NCBI GenBank assembly: GCA_963831935.1 | Contig: CAWHSH010000001.1 | Span: forward strand, 672,378 to 736,377 | DNA: 64,000 nucleotides | Direction of reading: 5' to 3' | Source of the DNA: an uncultured Bacteroidales bacterium | Lineage (GTDB): Bacteria; Bacteroidota; Bacteroidia; Bacteroidales; VadinHA17 | Shown: one piece after another, positions 1 through 9,827 of the stretch | How positions within the stretch are numbered: the stretch's first letter is position 1 | Layout: each line of letters starts with the position of its first letter | Position numbers and translations under genes: made by a program | The notes under the pieces: generated by a model | Database searches by the model: none | Told to the model about the DNA's origin: nothing | What the model saw: only the letters and a program-made list of their open reading frames with translations

Positions 1-32
1 TTTTCATCTTCAACGATCAGGATCTTTTTCAT
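1..32 (-). CDS. OmpR-family response regulator RR1, 5' end only (runs off window)
   Basis: Reverse complement of 1-32 reads ATG AAA AAG ATC CTG ATC GTT GAA GAT GAA = MKKILIVEDE, the same start as RR2/RR4/RR5, in the same position downstream of a kinase. Confidence 0.85.
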   Translation of the reverse strand, partial: MKKILIVEDE

Positions 33-60
33 TATTTTAATATGTACCGCTATTTAAAAA

Positions 61-172
61 AGTCTTCAGTCTTCAGTCCGAAGTCTTCAATTTGCCGACT
101 GTCCCGAAAAAGCTTGCGCTTTTTCGAGGACCTCGAATCGCAAGATTCGGGACCGACTGCGGACTGGAGACT
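61..172. repeat. HK-RR junction palindromic element, copy A (53-bp core 101-153)
   Basis: (AGTCNNN)n...(NNNGACT)n heptamer arms around GTCCCGA-AAAAGCTTGCGCTTTTT-CGAGGACCTCG-AATCGCAAGATT-CGGGAC; five copies in window. Confidence 0.9.
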
Positions 173-2283
173 AATTTCCATCCAGCGGAATCCTGACCAT
201 AAACCTGCTCCCTTTGCCCACTTCGCTTTCTACTTCAATTGTCTCCGCCATGTGCTTCAACAATATGCTTTGCCAGTGTTAACCCTAATCCGGTGCCCCG
301 GGTTTCCCTGGTCTTTGCAGTTGACACCCGGTAGAATTTATCAAAGATCTTTTTCAGCTCTTCTTTCGGTATCCCCACACCATGATCTGTAACCGAAATC
401 AAAGCTGAAGTTGAATCCTTGCAAACTTTTACCAGAATATATTTTCTCTCTTCTGAATACTTCACAGCATTGTTTAACAAATTCAATAGCACCTGTGAGA
501 TTGCATCCTTATCAATTTTAAGGGTTATTGATTCATCAGGCAGCTCACTTTCAATTTTAAAACCGTCATCACGTATGTGGAATTTATACGCTTCCAATGT
601 ACTCCTGACCACTTCAACAAGATCAGCTTCCTTGAAGTTGTATTCTTTGACGCCGGTATCCATCCTGGAAAAATCAAGCACATTGTTGATGAGGTGTGTC
701 AGGCGTTCACTTTCCTTCCTGATGATGCCGTAAAATTCCTGTCGCTTTTTCTCATCGTCAACTATTCCCGATTCAAGTGTTTCGCCAAAAAGCCTTATTA
801 GTGCAAGCGGAGTTTTGAGCTCGTGCGAGACATTTGAGACAAACTCCGATTTCATGCGTGAGATCTCTGCTTCGTGAATTACAGCACGCACCATAACGAC
901 AATCCCAATAAGCATTATGATAATTATTCCTGCAAAAAGCATCAGGTAGAGTAGTTTCTCTTTACCTACCAGCTGTTCTATCGATTTCCCTTCATTATCA
1001 AACAAGGCTACCTTCCAGTTGACAAATATTTTAGAAAAATTATCAGCTACAAGGTAATTTGATACTGGATTGTTATGCCGGATATATAACAAACTGTCTT
1101 TGTCACCGAGAATACCAACGAATACATCTTTTCCAAGTTCCACCGAAGTCAGAATTTCGGGAAACAGGGTCGACAGGATGTAGTCTTTGTTAAACTGATA
1201 ACCCAATGCGAATAATTCAGACTTTTGAAATGCTGAAGGAAGCTTAAAGAAACCGATTTGAAGTGTGGAATCATTTTCATTCCGGGAAATGTTAAACGAT
1301 TGTAATTCAGAAGGTGCTTCGTGGCTTAGCTCATACTCTATTTCGGGTAAAATATTCTGATTAATGAGCTCAATAAATCTTATTTGTTCAAGCAGCCTGT
1401 TTTCCACTATTTTCAAATTCTCAATATTCCTATCAGCAGAGTCATTATTGATATCCGAAAATTCATGTTTTCGTGTCTCTGCACTGGCAAACTTCAGATA
1501 GTAGAGATATTCTCCTCCAAGAAGATCCCAGGGATGGTTCAGCAGTTGCTGATAGAGTTCAAGTACAGCATTATATTCTTCTTTTTCAGCATGCAGGGAT
1601 TTATAACCATCGGTAATTTGAGAGAGAGCAATTATGGTGGCCGGAATTTCCCCTATGGTTACATCTTCCTTTTTCAATTCCAGAATTTTTTTGTACTCGT
1701 TGATTCCAGTTTTATATTGTCCTGTTTTAAAATAGCAGCGTCCAATCCGTGATAACAGTAAGGCAAGTTCCTCTGAAGATTTTATCTGGATCAAAGTCTT
1801 TTGATAATATCTTATGGCATCCACATAATCTTTCCTTATAAATTCAGCTTGCTCTGCCATAACAAAATTGGTGGCTGCCTGTGGATTTATTAAAGGACGG
1901 AGTTCCTGAATTTTATTCCATCCAAGTGAAACGGAAGAAGAGATCAGCCCTCCATCAGTATTTACCAGAAACAGATGTTTGAAAGCTGGATTTTCTGATT
2001 CTATATTCCTGAGCCATACTTTCAGATCAGCATCATTGTCAGATTTAGAAAATAATTCAGTGACACTGTTCCGCAGGTTTGCTTCATTCCTGAAAACTTC
2101 GCTCTCCAGTTTATCGCGCAGTAAACCAACTGTGCCTTTGTACTTTGCTCTGAGATTGTCTGCTTTTTGATTGATTGACTGTAAACTCAGATAGCTGAGG
2201 ATAGCACATGGTACCATAATTAGAATAAAAACAAAAAAAAGAATCTTCGTCTTTGGGTTGATATGTTTAAGAGGGCCGGTCAT
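171..2283 (-). CDS. Sensor histidine kinase HK1 (TM, periplasmic TPR-like domain, TM, HisKA, HATPase_c); 1-nt frameshift near 243
   Basis: H-box SHELKTPL, N-box LLNNAVKY, G1 DHGVGI, G2 GTGLGL; removing one base near 243 restores [26 protein letters not shown] ending at TAG 171-173. Confidence 0.9.
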
Positions 2284-2316
2284 ATTATAATATTACATCA
2301 ATATTACGACCCGGGG

Positions 2317-2354
2317 AGTAAAAAACAATAAAGAAATTGTAAAACTATGTAAAA
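2317..2354 (-). promoter_or_regulatory. Putative OmpR-type direct-repeat boxes upstream of HK1 (TGTAAAA on + strand)
   Basis: TGTAAAA at 2338 and 2348, AGTAAAA at 2317; resembles the module-4 boxes. Confidence 0.45.
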
Positions 2355-2418
2355 TTAAACTGAGTAATGTTGCTGCGAATTATTACCAGATACCTGTTCA
2401 GACAAATTCTGTTAAAAT

Positions 2419-2480
2419 TTCCCGCTGATCACGCTGATCTGCGCAGATTTTTCTGCGTGAATCTGCGAAATCTGCGGGAA
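2419..2480. repeat. Palindromic nonamer-repeat (ATCTGCG-type) REP-like element, possible terminator of propeller 2
   Basis: TTTCCCGC...GCGGGAA outer inverted repeat with repeated (A)TCTGCG units, 27 bp past the propeller-2 stop. Confidence 0.6.
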
Positions 2481-2506
2481 ATAAAAATACGGTTATTGAG
2501 AACCTT

Positions 2507-4509
2507 TTATTTCGGCAGGAAGTTCTCCATTACCCATACCTCCTGGTTTACCATGACAGCATCAATCGCTACCCGGTGACCGTCAGGATGCATCCGCAGT
2601 TCTCCAGTCAACTGACCAGTAATGTTCAATCCCAGAGATTGTGCTTCTCCGCCTTCAGCTGGGATACGCCATAATTGCCATTGTCTTTCCTTGCCTTTGA
2701 CACCTTTAAAATAGACGATATAGCGGCCATCTGGTGACCATGCAGCTGAACCCCAGAAGGGAATCTCTTTCTCTTTATCGATTCTCACCAATTCTCTGGC
2801 CTCACCCCCTGCAACCGGCATGATGAACAGAACCTGAGATTTATATCCCTCTGTGCCGGTGGCTATGAGCAATCGCTTCCCATCAGGCGACACCAAGCCT
2901 GCATAGAGCCCTTGTTTCTCGCTGACTACTGTCTCTTTGCCAGACCTCAAATCGTGGGCTACAAGGCCAGGCGATCTGACGTAGAAGATTGTATTACCGT
3001 CCGGTGAAAGTTCGAATCGCGTCCTAGACCGTAAGCGGCATCAGAGAAGTCACCTGCCCTGTTTGGACATCAATTCGTATCAGTTCCCTGCCTTTCCCGG
3101 CCTCCGATGCCGTAACCACAATGGCTTTCCCGTCCGGTGTCCAGCGGATACCACTCCATTCGATTTTCCTCTCACCAATACGAATCTCCCGCTCCTCATC
3201 TGTATCCATGGAACGGATTATCACAGCCTGATTTGATTCGTTGTTTAAAACGCCAGCGAGTAAGCTTCCATCGGGAGACCAGTCTGGAGTTCGAATGTTG
3301 CCTCTTTTGAATGCAGTTAGCGGCCGCGAAATTATGTTTCCACCGGTCGGATTATATTCCGCTATTTGAACACCCCAAACGTTGTTGTTGACCGCATAGT
3401 AGAAATCGCCCGAGTGCGTTAAACCCATCGGTAAGAAGCCCCAGTCCTTCTTGATGAACACTGGTTCGCCCTTTGCCTTTCCTCCGTCCACCGCGATCAG
3501 CCACGCATCGGACGATCCAGACCGCTCGCTTGAGAACATGACGTACTTTCCGTCTGGGAGTCCATCCAAGGACACTATGGTTCGATTGGTCCGGAATGAG
3601 CAGTGATTCAATTCCGGTCTGAAGCTCAAACAACGAAATACCTTCTCTGGTTGACCAGGCAATGTACCGTCCGTCGGGTGAGAAATCCCCATCCGATGGT
3701 AATCCTTTTCCTTTCTCCTTCAGCAGCTTTGCCGAACCGTCAGCAACGGTAAGCAGCATCATATCGCTATTTCCATCGGTTTTTACGAATTCCGCAAGCA
3801 GGTGCCTGCTGTCAGGCGACCATGCCACAGGAATGTGGTTAAGCACTCCATTTCCAGTAGTATTCAGAACCCGTGGCTTTGAGCCATCGATCCCTACAAC
3901 ATAAAGGTCGAACGAGCCATTAATTGTCACAGGTGTAGGCGATACTCTTGCTGTCGGGCGAAGGAACAGAGGGTTCAATGTACCTATACGGGTCGTGATT
4001 ATCGGTTATCAGCCGGTTCTGACCGGTAGTGAGATCGCGGATAGCTACATCGCCTGTCTCCCAGTTGGTGAAAGATAAGAAACGGCCATCGGGCGACACC
4101 TTGCCGGTTACATCAGCACCTGACCAGACTCTTTTTACAGCCAGCGTTGAACTGCCCGATCCACCGGTTGATGTTGTCAGCGATGCCAGCTTTGCTTTTG
4201 CCAGGGCTACCATCTCGGTTTGATCGGGATACGTGTTGACCAGGCGCGTGAAATATTCACTGGCTTTTTGTTTGCCCATTTTTTCATTGACCAGTCCCAG
4301 ATGGTACAGGGTTTTAGCGGCCACCGGGCGGTCATCGGGATATTTTTTCAGAATATCCAGGTAGAGCTCAACAGCTTTATCGAGGTTCCCTGTTACTTCT
4401 TCCTCATAAATTGCTGTCGTGAGCAATGACAGATGCCTTTTTGTCCTGGGCGGAAAGAGAATCCGGTCAGGAGTACAAAGGCAATAATTATAAACAGATG
4501 TGTTTTCAT
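2507..4509 (-). CDS. Secreted TPR + TolB-like/PD40 beta-propeller protein (propeller 2), split by several frameshifts
   Basis: ATG 4509 MKTHLFIIIAFVLL signal peptide; TPR AIYEEEVTGNLDKAVELY..YP; repeated WSPDG/SPDGR motifs across ORFs 3920-4540, 3352-3978, 3024-3692, 2507-2950; ends VWVMENFLPK*. Confidence 0.85.
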
Positions 4510-4567
4510 GATACGGATTATTTTTTGATAAAGGTACCACCTGTGTGCGTTAAGCGTATGAACATCC

Positions 4568-4597
4568 GGATAAGTTTGGTTAAGATCAGGTTAAGAT
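4568..4597 (-). promoter_or_regulatory. Direct-repeat boxes upstream of propeller 2 (GGTTAAGAT x2)
   Basis: GGTTAAGAT at 4578 and 4589 (11-bp period), degenerate GGATAAGTT at 4568; overlaps the RR2 stop codon. Confidence 0.6.
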
Positions 4598-5286
4598 TCA
4601 TGCGGATTGAATTTATATCCCGCACCACGTATACCGGTAATCCAGTGCGATTGTTCCATACCATCCTCAATTTTCCTCCGCAGGTTGGCAATATGGGTAT
4701 CCACGGTTCTGGGGGTGACATAAACCTTGTCACCCCAGATGCTGTGAAGAATATCATCACGTTTGATTACATGTCCGGCATGCTGCATCAGCATCTTCAT
4801 CAGTGCAAATTCAATTGTTGTAAGCTGAACCGGCTCATTGTTTTTCGTAACAGTGTATTTTGAAGGATCCAGTTCAAACGGACCAATCTGTATTGTTACT
4901 GTTGCAGTTTGGTGATTCCTTATCTCCGACCGGCGCAGAAGTGCTTTGACACGGGCATGGAGCTCGAATGGACTGAATGGCTTGGTTATATAATCGTCTG
5001 CTCCGAGCTCAAGTCCGAGCACCTTGTCGAATTCCTGGCTCCTGGCAGTCAGCATGATGATTGGTGTTCCGATATTGCGCCGCCGTAATTCCTTGCAGAT
5101 CTCCAGACCGTTCAGTTCCGGCAGCATCAGGTCGAGAATGATGATATCAAGGTTCAGATCCATCGCTTTTTCGAGCCCTTCCGGACCAGTGGCTGCAGTT
5201 TCGACCTGATAACCTTCAAATTTAAAATCATCCTCGAGGGCCATCCGGATGGTCCGGGCATCTTCGATTATTAGTATTTTTTTCAT
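4591..5286 (-). CDS. OmpR-family response regulator RR2
   Basis: Receiver (IIEDA, DLMLP, LTA, TKPF) plus winged helix (RTVDTHIANLRRKIE, IRGAGYKF). Confidence 0.95.
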   Translation of the reverse strand: MKKILIIEDARTIRMALEDDFKFEGYQVETAATGPEGLEKAMDLNLDIIILDLMLPELNGLEICKELRRRNIGTPIIMLTARSQEFDKVLGLELGADDYITKPFSPFELHARVKALLRRSEIRNHQTATVTIQIGPFELDPSKYTVTKNNEPVQLTTIEFALMKMLMQHAGHVIKRDDILHSIWGDKVYVTPRTVDTHIANLRRKIEDGMEQSHWITGIRGAGYKFNPHES

Positions 5287-5331
5287 GAGTGCTTGTTTGT
5301 ATCGTTGTTTTTATTTGTCTATTTGTATGTT

Positions 5332-5450
5332 AGTCCTGAGTCGGTCCCGAATCTTCGATTCGAGGATCCTCGAAAAAGCGAAAGCTTTTTCGGGACAGTC
5401 TTCAGTCGACAGTTGGCAATTTGCAGACTGTGGACTGTGGACTGGAGACT
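5332..5450. repeat. HK-RR junction element copy B (core 5344-5396), inverted relative to copy A
   Basis: GTCCCGAATCTTCGATTCGAGGATCCTCGAAAAAGCGAAAGCTTTTTCGGGAC with GACTGTG heptamer arm abutting the HK2 stop. Confidence 0.9.
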
Positions 5451-7471
5451 TAACACAACGGTATCCTGACAATAAACATGCTCCCTTTTCCCGGTTCACT
5501 TTCTACCCCGACTTCTCCACCATGGGCTTCAACTATTTTTTTCACGATTGTAAGACCGATCCCGCTTCCCCTGATTCCCAACCTCTGCGGTTCATCTCCG
5601 CGATAGAACCGGTCGAATATTTTTTCCTGATCTTTACCTGAAATGCCAATACCGTAATCCTTCACACAAAACAGTAATTCATCATCTTCTTGAGAAAGGA
5701 TAATGTCAATTTGCCTGGATGTCCCGGAAAATTTTATTGCATTGTCAACCAGATTATAGAAAACCTGAAGAATAGCATTCTTGTCAGCCTTGATGACAGG
5801 CACCTGATCAGGACGATCATACCTGATGTCAAAACCGGGTTCCGGAAGCCTTTCCCGGGTTGATTCGAGAAACTTCATGAGGAGTTCATCCAGATCCAGT
5901 TCAGTAAAATCGTATTTCTTGCGATCATCGTCCATTCTCGAAAAATCAAGAATATTATCTATCAGATGACTGAGGTGTTTGCTTTCCTCCAGCATTGCTG
6001 AGTAATATGCCGATTTGCGCTCTTCCGTCTGAACCCGGTTGTGATGCAGCATTTCAGTCATCATTCGGATGGAAGTAAGCGGACTTTTCAGTTCATGCGA
6101 TACATTGGAAATGAATTCCGATTTAAGTTTATTCAGCCTGAGTTCCACGTTAAGGGAATACATTATAAAAACAAGACCGAGTACCATGAGGAGTGCAATC
6201 AGAATAAAAATAAAAAGATATATACCGCTTCCTGCTTTCAATAATGTCGCAATGAATCCGGGTTTATTTTCACTTAAAAGTAATTTCCACTGGGGAAGAT
6301 ATTCCGGAAATGGGAATGAAAGATAACTCGTTTCTTCTTTCAGGACTTTTGAAAAAATAAGCTTCCCGTTCTCATCTTCAACTTTTACATTTATCGAAGA
6401 GCCCGGATCGAGTTCTTTGATCAGCTTTTCTGATATTGATTTCAGATAGATCGGGAAATCAATCACCATGGCTGTTTGAACATCATTGTTTTTAATCCTT
6501 GATAAATACACTGCTGCAAGCTCAGCTGAATTGATCGGAATACAGGATAACTCATTTTTGTCACTGTTAAAATGATTATTACTCCCGGCTGCGATCAGAT
6601 CCGGTCCACTGAGTATCCTGATCAGATAATCAGTGCGGGTTCTTTGAGTATCCAGTTCCCCAACCAGGGAATCAGTCACTCGATCTGTTTCCCGGATAAT
6701 ATCTTTGAAAGATTGGTAAAACATGTCAAACTGATTTTTGTCGTATTCACCCGGAGGGTGAAGCAAGAGCTCCAGATACTGGCGGGAATTGTTCATCATT
6801 TCATCCTTTTCTCCAAGCGATTTATTGATCTTCAGAATTTCCAGACTGGCTAGCAATCCAAGCGGTATTTGTCCGTTTAAAAAGCTTCCACGGTAATTAT
6901 TTCTAATCTCATCATAGAGAGCTTTAGCCCGTACAGGCTGGTTCATTTTGTTATACAACCGGGCGGAAGAAACCAGTGCCTGGATTTTTTCTGCCGGATT
7001 ATTAGTTTTGAGGACAATATTCTGGTAAAATCTGAGCGCATCTGAAAACCTTCGCTCAATATACTCCAGCCGGAGACCTTCTTTCAGGCTGGCGGGTTGT
7101 TTAAACTGCTCAGTTTGGTTGGTCAGTAAGTCTGCAGGTAGATACAAGAGCTGATGGGTTATGAGCTTTTGTAAACCGCCGGAATCTTTGACAATAAGTG
7201 CAAGCAAAGCCGGATCATACTGTCTGGCGCCATAAAGCATTGAATCAGTGGTCTGTTCATTCATGAATTTTACAAAACCTGAATCAATTGCAGTAAAAAA
7301 ATCCTGGCTGTACATTTCAAGCTTCCTGCGGTTTTCCTTTTCGCGCAGAGCCTGATCGTTACGTATGCCCCGGTAAGCCATGTATCCCAGGAGAATACCA
7401 GGCAGCACAACAGCAAGTGCATAATACAGGATTATCTTTTGCCTTCGTGATCCGGGATTAGCTGTTTTCAT
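5450..7471 (-). CDS. Sensor histidine kinase HK2 with periplasmic TPR-like domain
   Basis: Intact ORF; likely start ATG 7471 (MKTANP); H-box SHELKSPL, NLVDNAIKF, DYGIGI, GSGIGL. Confidence 0.92.
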   Translation of the reverse strand: MKTANPGSRRQKIILYYALAVVLPGILLGYMAYRGIRNDQALREKENRRKLEMYSQDFFTAIDSGFVKFMNEQTTDSMLYGARQYDPALLALIVKDSGGLQKLITHQLLYLPADLLTNQTEQFKQPASLKEGLRLEYIERRFSDALRFYQNIVLKTNNPAEKIQALVSSARLYNKMNQPVRAKALYDEIRNNYRGSFLNGQIPLGLLASLEILKINKSLGEKDEMMNNSRQYLELLLHPPGEYDKNQFDMFYQSFKDIIRETDRVTDSLVGELDTQRTRTDYLIRILSGPDLIAAGSNNHFNSDKNELSCIPINSAELAAVYLSRIKNNDVQTAMVIDFPIYLKSISEKLIKELDPGSSINVKVEDENGKLIFSKVLKEETSYLSFPFPEYLPQWKLLLSENKPGFIATLLKAGSGIYLFIFILIALLMVLGLVFIMYSLNVELRLNKLKSEFISNVSHELKSPLTSIRMMTEMLHHNRVQTEERKSAYYSAMLEESKHLSHLIDNILDFSRMDDDRKKYDFTELDLDELLMKFLESTRERLPEPGFDIRYDRPDQVPVIKADKNAILQVFYNLVDNAIKFSGTSRQIDIILSQEDDELLFCVKDYGIGISGKDQEKIFDRFYRGDEPQRLGIRGSGIGLTIVKKIVEAHGGEVGVESEPGKGSMFIVRIPLC

Positions 7472-7523
7472 CAGCGGTGCGTACCTAATTATAATCAAAT
7501 ATCAGAAAAATCAGGCAGTTACA

Positions 7524-7556
7524 TGTTAAGAATTTGAAGAAATTCTGTTAAGAATT
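7524..7556 (-). promoter_or_regulatory. Direct-repeat boxes upstream of HK2
   Basis: TGTTAAGAATT at 7524 and 7546 with degenerate TGAAGAAATTC at 7535 (11-bp period); same GTTAAGA core as at 4578-4597. Confidence 0.6.
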
Positions 7557-7642
7557 GAACAAGGTTGCTGAACCGGATAGAAAAAATAGTCTTAATAATC
7601 TTTTACCTGTTTTATCCGCCGGTATATTCAATTTGATACTGC

Positions 7643-7870
7643 TTCAATTGCCGTCGGTTTTAACCGACGGTTCGAGTCACAACCTCAATCTTCAGGATTT
7701 TAGTCCTTCATTTATTGGGCTAAAGCCCGGAATGTGGGAGGGTTCCAGATCCGTTGGCTGAAGCCAACAGTAATTGATTTATCATATCGATAGGTTGCTT
7801 ATTCCAATTTCTGTCGGAAATCCAATGGTAATAGATTCTTCAAATCGGTTGGTTTTCTGACAATTCGGTA
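7643..7870. repeat. 228-bp direct repeat 1 made of REP hairpins
   Basis: AATTG-CCGTCGGTTTTAACCGACGG, GGATTTTAGTCC, GGGCTAAAGCCC, CCGTTGGCTGAAGCCAACAG-TAATT; colinear copy at 8548-8775. Confidence 0.9.
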
Positions 7871-7958
7871 CGGCCGGACGCTAACAGTAATTGCTTCAAA
7901 AAGACTATGCAACTACAAATATTGTGAGAAATCTATTGTCCCTTCCTATATTACTGTT

Positions 7959-8020
7959 AATTACCGTCGGTTTTAACCGACGGAAGATGCAAATCCACAT
8001 CTATTTGGGACTTTAGTCCC
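7959..8020. repeat. REP hairpin plus GGGACTTTAGTCCC palindrome overlapping the transposase stop
   Basis: AATTACCGTCGGTTTTAACCGACGG 7959-7983; GGGACTTTAGTCCC 8007-8020. Confidence 0.8.
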
Positions 8021-8447
8021 TCATTCTTTCCAATTTGTATTCCTTAATTAGGTTATTTAATTCATCCTGAAAAGATACTTTCTGGTGATGCTGATCCTGA
8101 TTCCGTATATATTGTCTTAAATTTTCTATTTGTATCATCCCGATAGATACTGCATAATAATCATCCTGCCATTCAAGCTTTAATCTGGTTAATTTGTTTT
8201 TATTAATCCAGTAAGAACTCTCTCCTTTTATTTTTTGCATTATATCAGAAATATTTTGGTTGCCACCCAAGGATATAAGAGCATGCAGATGTTCATGATA
8301 ACCGTTAATGTGATCAATATAAATACCTTTTAATTTTGCATTTTCACGAATGTGTGAGATTACTGTATCTCTTATCTGATCCCTCAAATAAGGAATTCTG
8401 TCTTTTGTGGTCCACACACAGTGGACCCAAATTCTTATATATGACAT
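8013..8447 (-). mobile_element. tnpA: IS200/IS605-family Y1 (HUH) transposase, REP-associated (RAYT-like)
   Basis: N-terminal HCVWTTKDR, HUH motif EHLHAL, KGESS, WQDDYY, catalytic YIRNQ..HH; likely ATG 8447; flanked by REP hairpins; no tnpB. Confidence 0.88.
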
Positions 8448-8547
8448 ATTATTGGAAATAACAGCGTTTGACAAATATAAAGATAGGTAATTTAAACTTT
8501 ACTTGAAAGTTCTGTCGATAAAAATTGGATTCTTCTCAACCGACAAA

Positions 8548-8775
8548 TTCAATTGCCGTCGGTTTTAACCGACGGTTCGGGTCACAACCTCAATCTTCAG
8601 GACTTTAGTCCTTCACTTATTGGGCTAAAGCCCGGAATTTGTGGAGGGTGCCAGATCCGTTGGCTGAAGCCAACGGTAATTGATTTTTCATATCGATTGA
8701 CTGTTTGTCTGGCTTCTGACGAAAAGCCAAAGGTAATAGATTCTCCTAATCGAATGGTTTTCTGCCAATTCGGTA
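8548..8775. repeat. 228-bp direct repeat 2 of REP hairpins
   Basis: Same length and order of hairpins as 7643-7870. Confidence 0.9.
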
Positions 8776-8790
8776 AGCCGAGTTGCGAAG

Positions 8791-8824
8791 AAAGGGGCAC
8801 AATGATCTACCATTGTGCGCCTTT
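8791..8824 (-). terminator. Hairpin terminator after the propeller stub
   Basis: AAAGGGGCACAATG-ATCTAC-CATTGTGCGCCTTT; homologous to the hairpin after propeller 4 (14434-14466). Confidence 0.6.
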
Positions 8825-8841
8825 AATATGCTTTATTGTTT

Positions 8842-8946
8842 TTATTTCGGCAGGAAGTTTTCGAAAAGCCAGTACTCAAAACTGCTTTTAAGGCGCTTCC
8901 CAAAGACTATACTTTTGCCGTCGGGAGACCATCGTGGAAAACTTTC
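8842..8946 (-). pseudogene. 3' stub of a PD40 propeller gene (about 34 codons)
   Basis: Reverse complement reads ESFPRWSPDGKSIVFGKRLKSSFEYWLFENFLPK*, i.e. a WSPDGK blade plus the family C-terminal ENFLPK motif, with no 5' part. Confidence 0.8.
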
Positions 8947-8950
8947 AATC

Positions 8951-8970
8951 GTGTTAAGATTTGGTCAAGT
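8951..8970 (-). promoter_or_regulatory. Operator-like 20-mer at the RR3 stop
   Basis: GTGTTAAGATTTGGTCAAGT, identical to 14177-14196. Confidence 0.65.
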
Positions 8971-9654
8971 CTGATCAGTCTTAAATTTATATCCGATACT
9001 TCGTACACCGATTATAAATTTTGGATTTTCCGGATCGTCTTCAATTTTCTTTCTCAGATTCGCAATATGCGTGTCTATTGTGCGGGGGTAAACATAAACG
9101 CTGTCGCCCCATACATTATCAAGTATTGAATCACGACTGACCACCTGGTCTTTATGTTTAATGAGAAAATGAAGCAGAGTAAACTCGAGGGCCGTAAGGT
9201 TAATCGGCTTTCCATTCTTTTTCGCTTCGTACTTTCTGAAATCAATTTCCACGTCACCGAAATGATCAAGGCCGATTCCCTGTTGATTTTGCTTCATCCT
9301 TCTGATAATGGCATTCACACGGGCAATAAGCTCACGGGGACTGAAGGGTTTTGTAACGTAATCATCAGCTCCTATCTCCAGCCCGAGGACTTTATCGACT
9401 TCCTGACTTTTAGCTGTTAAAATAAGAATGGGAGTCGTAATTCCGGTTTGACGTAGTTGCTTACAGACTTCAAATCCATTCATCTTTGGCAGCATAATAT
9501 CAAGAATGATAAGGTCAAAGGATTGATCCCTGGCCATGGAAAATCCTTTTTGTCCGTCTGTTGCACTTGAAACCTGATATCCCTCAATTCTGAGGTTATC
9601 TTCCAGTCCCATCAGGATCCTCTCCTCATCTTCAATGATTAGTATTCTTTCCAT
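8965..9654 (-). CDS. OmpR-family response regulator RR3
   Basis: Receiver plus winged helix (RTIDTHIANLRKKIE, VRSIGYKF). Confidence 0.95.
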   Translation of the reverse strand: MERILIIEDEERILMGLEDNLRIEGYQVSSATDGQKGFSMARDQSFDLIILDIMLPKMNGFEVCKQLRQTGITTPILILTAKSQEVDKVLGLEIGADDYVTKPFSPRELIARVNAIIRRMKQNQQGIGLDHFGDVEIDFRKYEAKKNGKPINLTALEFTLLHFLIKHKDQVVSRDSILDNVWGDSVYVYPRTIDTHIANLRKKIEDDPENPKFIIGVRSIGYKFKTDQT

Positions 9655-9683
9655 TAGTAAAGGTTTGTGCAGTTATTGATTTT

Positions 9684-9827
9684 CAGTCTCCAGTCTACAG
9701 TCTTCAGTCGGCAGTCGGTCCCGAATCTTCGATTCGAGGATCCTCGAAAAAGCGCAAACTTTTTCGGGACAGTCTCCAGTCTTTGGTCGGCCGTCAATTG
9801 CAGACTGAGGACTGCAGACTGCGGACT
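9684..9827. repeat. HK-RR junction element copy C (core 9718-9770), same orientation as B
   Basis: CAGTC heptamer arm, 53-bp core, GACTG arm ending at the HK3 stop. Confidence 0.9.

Noticed and set aside
101-153. Cloverleaf-like core as a tRNA or tRNA fragment
   Set aside because: Only 53 bp, no TTCGA T-loop in the correct arm, no 7-nt anticodon loop or CCA, and it occurs in both orientations.
7555-8891. ORFs 7555-7761, 8553-8891 and 8597-8800 as genes
   Set aside because: They are translations of the REP direct repeats.
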